Assembly: GCA_963737655.1 (NCBI GenBank)
Contig: CAVTTN010000002.1
Coordinates: 3,200,001-3,264,000 of the forward strand
Length of the DNA: 64,000 nucleotides
Direction: 5' to 3'
Source: an uncultured Planctomycetota bacterium
GTDB taxonomy: Bacteria; Planctomycetota; Planctomycetia; Isosphaerales; Isosphaeraceae
The notes beneath the pieces were generated by a model, which searched no databases, was not told the DNA's origin, and saw only the letters and a program-made list of their open reading frames with translations. Position numbers and translations under genes: made by a program. How positions within the stretch are numbered: the first letter of the stretch is position 1; each line of letters opens with the position of its first letter. Shown in pieces: positions 59,291 through 64,000 of this stretch.

Positions 59291-59815
59291 ATGCGCAGGC
59301 TTTCGCGGCTCGGCTTCCTCTTCCTGGTCCCCGCGATGACGGTCCGGGCCGCCGACGAGGCGCCGAAGGTCGGCGACAAGGCGCCCGAGTTCTCGATGGT
59401 CGGCTCCGACGGCAAGACGTACAAGCTCTCCGACTTCAAGGGCAAGAAGGCCGTGGTCGTGGCCTGGTTCCCCAAGGCGTTCACCGGCGGATGCACGGCC
59501 GAATGCAAGTCGTTCCGCGAGAAGGGGGACGCTCTCAAGGGCCTGAACGTCGCGTACTTCACGGCCAGCGTCGACCCGGCCGAGGAGAACAAGAAGTTCG
59601 CCGAGTCGCTGAGCCTGGACTACCCGATCCTCAGCGACCCCGACAAGGCGGTGGCCAAGGCCTACGGCGTGCTCGGCCCCCGGGGCATGGCGCAGAGGTG
59701 GACGTTCTACATCGATAAAGACGGCGTCATCAAGGAGATCGACAAGAAGGTCAACACCGGCCAGGCCGCGCCCGACGCCGCGGCGAAGCTGAAGAGCCTG
59801 GGCCTGGGCTCCTGG
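59291..59815 (+). CDS. Exported peroxiredoxin (BCP/AhpC-like); 3' end approximate
   Basis: Signal peptide; FPKAFTGGCTAEC, YPILSDP, RWTFYID. The ORF reads on into the convergent gene, so the stop near 59813 is probably lost to an indel. Confidence 0.85.
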
Positions 59816-59829
59816 AGAAGCGCCGGCTT

Positions 59830-60357
59830 TCAGACCCCGCGCTGGGCCCGGGCCCAGCGGGTCTTCAGATCGCCGAGGATTCGCCAGAAGAGGGGGCTGT
59901 GCATGACCCCCTTGACCCTCCCGCAGCCCGAGGCGTCGAACGTCTCGGGCTCGGTGTACTCCAGGTGGTGCGCCACCTCGTGGAGGAACGTGTCGAAGAG
60001 TTCTTCCAGGGGGCGACGGCCGGTGGTCCGGTCGTGGGTGTACACGCGGACGAGCCGCCTCCGGCGATAATAGCCGCCGAGCATCCGCGACGTCGGACGG
60101 ATGTTCATGTCGATGTCGAATTCGGCCCGGCAGGCATGAATGCGTTCGAGGCGCGTCCGGAACAGCGGGGCGAGGGCCGAGACCGGCGGCTCGAACGCCC
60201 GGAGCCTGGGGGCGAGATCGGTCGTCGGCGAGGCCTCGACCACGAGACGGCCGCCGATCCTCCGGGCCCTCTCGGCCAGGTCGGCGAGGTCGAACTCGTC
60301 CGGGTCGATCCATTGCCGCCCGCCGTTGGGCAGAACGATCCAGTAACTCTCGGGCAT
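59830..60357 (-). CDS. SprT-like zinc metalloprotease domain protein
   Basis: TFLHEVAHHLE (HExxH) and distal HSPLFW. Confidence 0.75.
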   Translation of the reverse strand: MPESYWIVLPNGGRQWIDPDEFDLADLAERARRIGGRLVVEASPTTDLAPRLRAFEPPVSALAPLFRTRLERIHACRAEFDIDMNIRPTSRMLGGYYRRRRLVRVYTHDRTTGRRPLEELFDTFLHEVAHHLEYTEPETFDASGCGRVKGVMHSPLFWRILGDLKTRWARAQRGV

Positions 60358-60478
60358 GGGCGATCGCGCGAGCGTTCGAGGTGAGGGGAGGACGGCCGCC
60401 TCAGGCCGCCTCGCGATGCGTCTCATCGTACCATCGGACGTCGCGAGTTGTCAGTCCGTGACGGCCCCGCGAGATGGG

Positions 60479-62685
60479 TCAAGACGTCGGGTGCCCGGAA
60501 GGGACGGCGATCGCGGGCGACGAACGGCGATGAATCCGGCGATGGAGCGCGGCCCGAGGCTTCGCGATCGTCCTCGGCGGAGCGATCTGGGCGTCGGCCG
60601 GAGGCGCGGAGACCTCGGCGAATCGAACGACCGGAGTCGGCAGGTTCGGCACCGGCTGAGGGCCGGAAACCGGCCGGTCGTCGGCGGCGGGAACTCCGAA
60701 CGCGAAGACCCGGGCCGTGCCTCCCGAGAGCGATTCGTAATGGACGGCCGACTCGGGATCGAAGACCGCGACGTCCGCCGTGCCGTCGCCGTCGAAATCC
60801 CCGACGATCGGCCTCCCCTGCCCGTTCGGGATGCCGAAGGGATAACGCTTCGCGCCTCCGCCGCTATAGGCGATGTAGAAGACCGAGCCGAGAGGGTCGT
60901 ACACGGCGGTGTCGGTCTTGCCGTCGCCGTCGAAGTCCCCCGCGACGGGCAACCCTCGGCCGTTGGGCACTCCGAACTGAAAAACCTTCGCCCCTCCGCC
61001 GGAGAACGACTCGAAGAAGGTGGCCGAGGGCGGGTCGAACACGGCGATGTCGGTCTTGCCGTCGCCGTCGAAATCGCCGGGGACGGGGATGTCCCGGCCA
61101 TTGGGGATGCCGAAGGCCATGACCTTCGCGCCCCCTCCGCTATAGGAGATGTAGAAGGTGGCCGAGGGCGGGTCATAGACGGCGATGTCGGTCTTGCCGT
61201 CGCCGTCGAAGTCGCCCGCGATCGGCAGGTCCTGGCCGTTGGGGACGCCGAACCGGAAGACCCGGCGCCTCCCCCCGACTCCGAGATGAAGAAGGTGGCG
61301 CTGGCCGGGTCGAACACGGCGACGTCGGTCTTGCCGTCGCCGTCGTAATCGCCGGCGATCGGGTCATCGCCGGCCCCCGGGATGCCGAAGGGCATGACCT
61401 TCGCGCCTCCCCCCGAATACGAGATGTAGAAGGTGGCGCTGGCCGGGTCATACACGGCCACGTCGGTCTTGCCGTCGCCGTCGAAATCCGCGTTCGAGGC
61501 CGAGGCGAGATGGGTCGGCTCCATCAACTGGATGCGGGTCGCGGCCGGGCTGCCGAAGGCGACCCCCTGGGGATTGGTCAGGGCGACGGTGAAGCTCGGA
61601 TTGTTCGAAAGGACCGAGCGGGCCAGGGTGGCGACGAAGATCGTGGCGGTCGTCTGGCCGGCAGCGAAGGCCAGGGTGCCGGAGATCGGGACGTAGTCGG
61701 TGCCGGCCACGGCCGAGCCATCCGAGGTGGAATACGCGACGGTGGCGGGGGCCGAGAGGTCCCCTTCCCGGTCCACGGTGATCGAGGCGAGCGAGCCGGC
61801 CGAGACCTGCGTCTGGGCCGCGTCGAACCGGACGTCATTGCCCGCCTGGACCTGCCAGCCGAGGTCCTGAAGGGCGGCGAGATCCAGGGGAGTGAAGGTC
61901 TTGCGGGTGCCGTCCGTGATGACCGGGTCCATCAGCACCTCCTGGCCTCCGGAGGTCAGCCCCTCGGCCCAGTGGGCGAGTCCGGGGTCGAGCGGGACGG
62001 GCCCCCCGTAAACCGCGGTCGAGGCCGGGCCGACGAAGCTGGTGCCGACGATCGATCGGCTCCAGGATGTGGGACTGGTCCCCAGCTCGCCGATCCCCAG
62101 GACATGGCCGAGCTCGTGCTCGGCCACGGAGAGGAAATCGACCTGATTCGGGCCGATCCCGGAGCTGTCCTGACCGAAATAGAAGCTGGTGTGGGCGGAG
62201 GTGTCGAAGGTGATCGCGCCGCCCCAGAACCCGACGTCGGTGGGGACCGGCAACAGCGCTCCGGCCTGCCCTCGCGAGGCCACCAGGTTCAACCAGGCCT
62301 GGTCGCCCTGGGCCGAATAGCCTCCCGGGCCGCCCTCGCCGGCCTCGGTCCCTCCGATCGGCCGCCCTCCGACGTAGACGACCAGCGTATTGGCCGGGAT
62401 GCTCGGGTTGGCGATGTCGCGAGTCCCGCCGGTGGCGGGGTCGGAGATCACGGCCGTCCAGGTGTCGGACCCGATGGGGACGATCGGCAGGAGGGTATCG
62501 CCCAGGCGGCCGGCGATGGTGTCGGCGGCCTCCTGCATCAGGTTCCGCTTGGCCTGGGTGTTGAAGAAGTTGCGGGCGTCGAGGTCGTAGTCGATCTGGA
62601 TCGTCACGGTCAGGAGGTCGCGGGTTTCGAGCGCCTCGGGGCGGTCGGGCCGACGGATGCGCCGGGTTCGGACGCGAGGAGACAT
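60479..62685 (-). CDS. Secreted LEPR-xLL protein: zincin (HELGHVLG) + Calx-beta + FG-GAP/VCBS repeats; frameshift at ~61264
   Basis: EALETRDLL, HELGHVLGI, DGSAVAGTDY..SGTLAFAAG, six GDFDGDGKTD-type repeats spaced ~138 bp. Confidence 0.85.
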
Positions 62686-62972
62686 CGGGGAAGACCTCCG
62701 GGGAGCGGCGTCGTCTCCCGGGCGGCTCACGAGTCGCCCGGATGGTCTCGGGACCCGCGCGGAGGGTTTCCGAGTCCTTCCATGGTGGCCGATCCGGCAG
62801 ACGTCGGCAAGGCGCGATCCGGCCGATCGGCCGGGTTGGCGGAGGGCCCGGGGGTTTGCTCGGCCCCGGCTCCTCGCTGGTGGGGTTGGGGCCGATCGGT
62901 TACGATCCTGGCGAAGCGGGCTGCTCGACTTTCGACCCTCCAAACTCTCCCTCTCGCGCTGGACCGACCCCG

Positions 62973-64000
62973 ATGACCGGACCGGATTCCCCCCCTCGTC
63001 GGGCGATTCGCCTCGCGACCCTGGCCCCCCCGGCCCTCGCGATGCTAGCCGGGCTGTTCGTGGCGATCCTGCCCCACCTGATGCAAGCGGCGAAGGTGGG
63101 CAGCCCGGCCTGGATCGCCGACCACGACGATCTGCTCTATCTGACCTACACCAGTCGGGCCTACGTCCATCACCCGGCCTCGCTGGACGACCCGATGGAC
63201 CCGGACTCGGGGATCTGCACGTATCCCTGGCTTCAGATGGGTCCGGCGGTCCTGACCGCCCGGGCCCTCGGCCTGGGCCCTCTCGGCGTCTCGATCGTCT
63301 GGCGAGCGTGGGGCGGCCTGGCGATGCCCTTGATGGCCTATTTCCTCCTGGAACAGGCGATGCGAGGCGCCCCGGGCCTGGCGGGCGAGGGTCGCCGATC
63401 GGTGCGTCGATGGGTGGCGGCGGGCCTGGCGGCCCTGACCGTGAGCGACCCGGGATTCGTCGGGGGCCAGCCCTGGTTTCGACAGGCTCAGATCACGGCC
63501 CAGGTCCTCTCCGGGCGGATTCCGGCCGACTTGCTGGACAACCGGCCGCAGATCCATCGCGAATGGCGGGTCATCACCCCGGCGATCAGCCTGCCGTTCC
63601 TCCTGGCCTTCGCCTGGCTGCTGAGCCGGGCCCGAGAGGCCCCGTCTCGGGGGCGGATCGTGGCCTCGGGGATCGCTTATGGCCTGCTCTTTCACGTGTA
63701 TTTCTATTTCTGGACCGCCGCGACCGTGGCCCTCGGCCTGCTCGCCCTGGTGGACCGATCGAAGAGGCGGGTGGCGCTGGGGACCGGCGTCCTGGGCGGA
63801 CTGATCGGGCTCCCGGCCGTCCTGAGCGCCTCCCGGATCTCCGGGGCGATCGGCTCGGCGGGCGGCCCACGGTTCTCTCGCGATTGGCTGACCCGGACCG
63901 ATAAGTTCTTGCCGATCCCCCGGTTCTCCGAGCTCCTGCTGCCGAAGACGGCCTTGCTGGCCCTGTTCCTGGCGGGGGTGTGGGTGGTGCTTCGCCGCAG
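62973..64000 (+). CDS. Polytopic membrane protein, possibly a GT-C glycosyltransferase; runs off the right edge
   Basis: Open frame MTGPDSPPRRAIRLATLAPPALAMLAGLFVAILPH..ADHDDLLYL..GLLFHVYFYFWT. It is absent from the ORF track because there is no stop in the window. Confidence 0.7.
   Translation, partial: MTGPDSPPRRAIRLATLAPPALAMLAGLFVAILPHLMQAAKVGSPAWIADHDDLLYLTYTSRAYVHHPASLDDPMDPDSGICTYPWLQMGPAVLTARALGLGPLGVSIVWRAWGGLAMPLMAYFLLEQAMRGAPGLAGEGRRSVRRWVAAGLAALTVSDPGFVGGQPWFRQAQITAQVLSGRIPADLLDNRPQIHREWRVITPAISLPFLLAFAWLLSRAREAPSRGRIVASGIAYGLLFHVYFYFWTAATVALGLLALVDRSKRRVALGTGVLGGLIGLPAVLSASRISGAIGSAGGPRFSRDWLTRTDKFLPIPRFSELLLPKTALLALFLAGVWVVLRR

Noticed and set aside
59480..59535. Peroxiredoxin as a third selenoprotein or carrier of a relic SECIS
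   Set aside because: The peroxidatic codon is TGC (Cys), and the downstream stem (cgttcc/gggacg) is too weak to support a claim.
59816..60070. C-terminal extension of the peroxiredoxin overlapping the SprT-like gene
   Set aside because: Non-protein-like sequence antisense to a real gene; removing one G at tcctgga gives TCC TGA, a normal end.
60770..61490. Regularly spaced ~25-bp repeats (gtcggtcttgccgtcgccgtcg) every ~138 bp, CRISPR-like at first sight
   Set aside because: They encode the DFDGDGKTD FG-GAP repeats. The spacers are homologous to each other and in frame, and no cas genes are present.
1..64000. tRNA-Sec, selA/selB, RAYT transposase, integrase, rRNA/tRNA
   Set aside because: Looked for because of the Sec genes and REPs; none recognisable in this window.

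Overview
High-GC chromosomal window from a planctomycete, most like Isosphaeraceae. The evidence is a DUF1501/DUF1549-DUF1553/planctomycete cytochrome c cluster and an LEPR-xLL-type secreted protein. It holds about 45 mostly housekeeping, transport and envelope genes (CusA-type RND pump, glgC, accA, truD, selD, MlaEFD, apbE, xylA, cinA, infA, ychF-like and others). I found no rRNA, tRNA, CRISPR array or transposase. Highlights the ORF track misses: (1) a two-gene selenoprotein unit, Rdx/SelW-like plus selD, each with an in-frame UGA in a CxxU motif followed by a SECIS-like hairpin; (2) a low-GC ~1.6 kb insert encoding an uncharacterised HEPN (R-x4-H) protein, directly downstream of an RHH antitoxin-like gene and bracketed by a 6-bp direct repeat; (3) three GTAG-type REP/REPIN families, one supplying the stop codons of two genes and one nested in a ~190-bp palindromic MITE-like element; (4) a perfect 39-bp inverted repeat built from 9-mer tandem units; (5) a serine hydrolase-sulfatase fusion and an apbE-DoxX-Tat oxidoreductase module. 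About ten frameshifts, mostly single-base losses in short G/C runs and including one in essential accA, are most likely long-read consensus errors. All functional calls come from motif recognition by eye; no searches were run.
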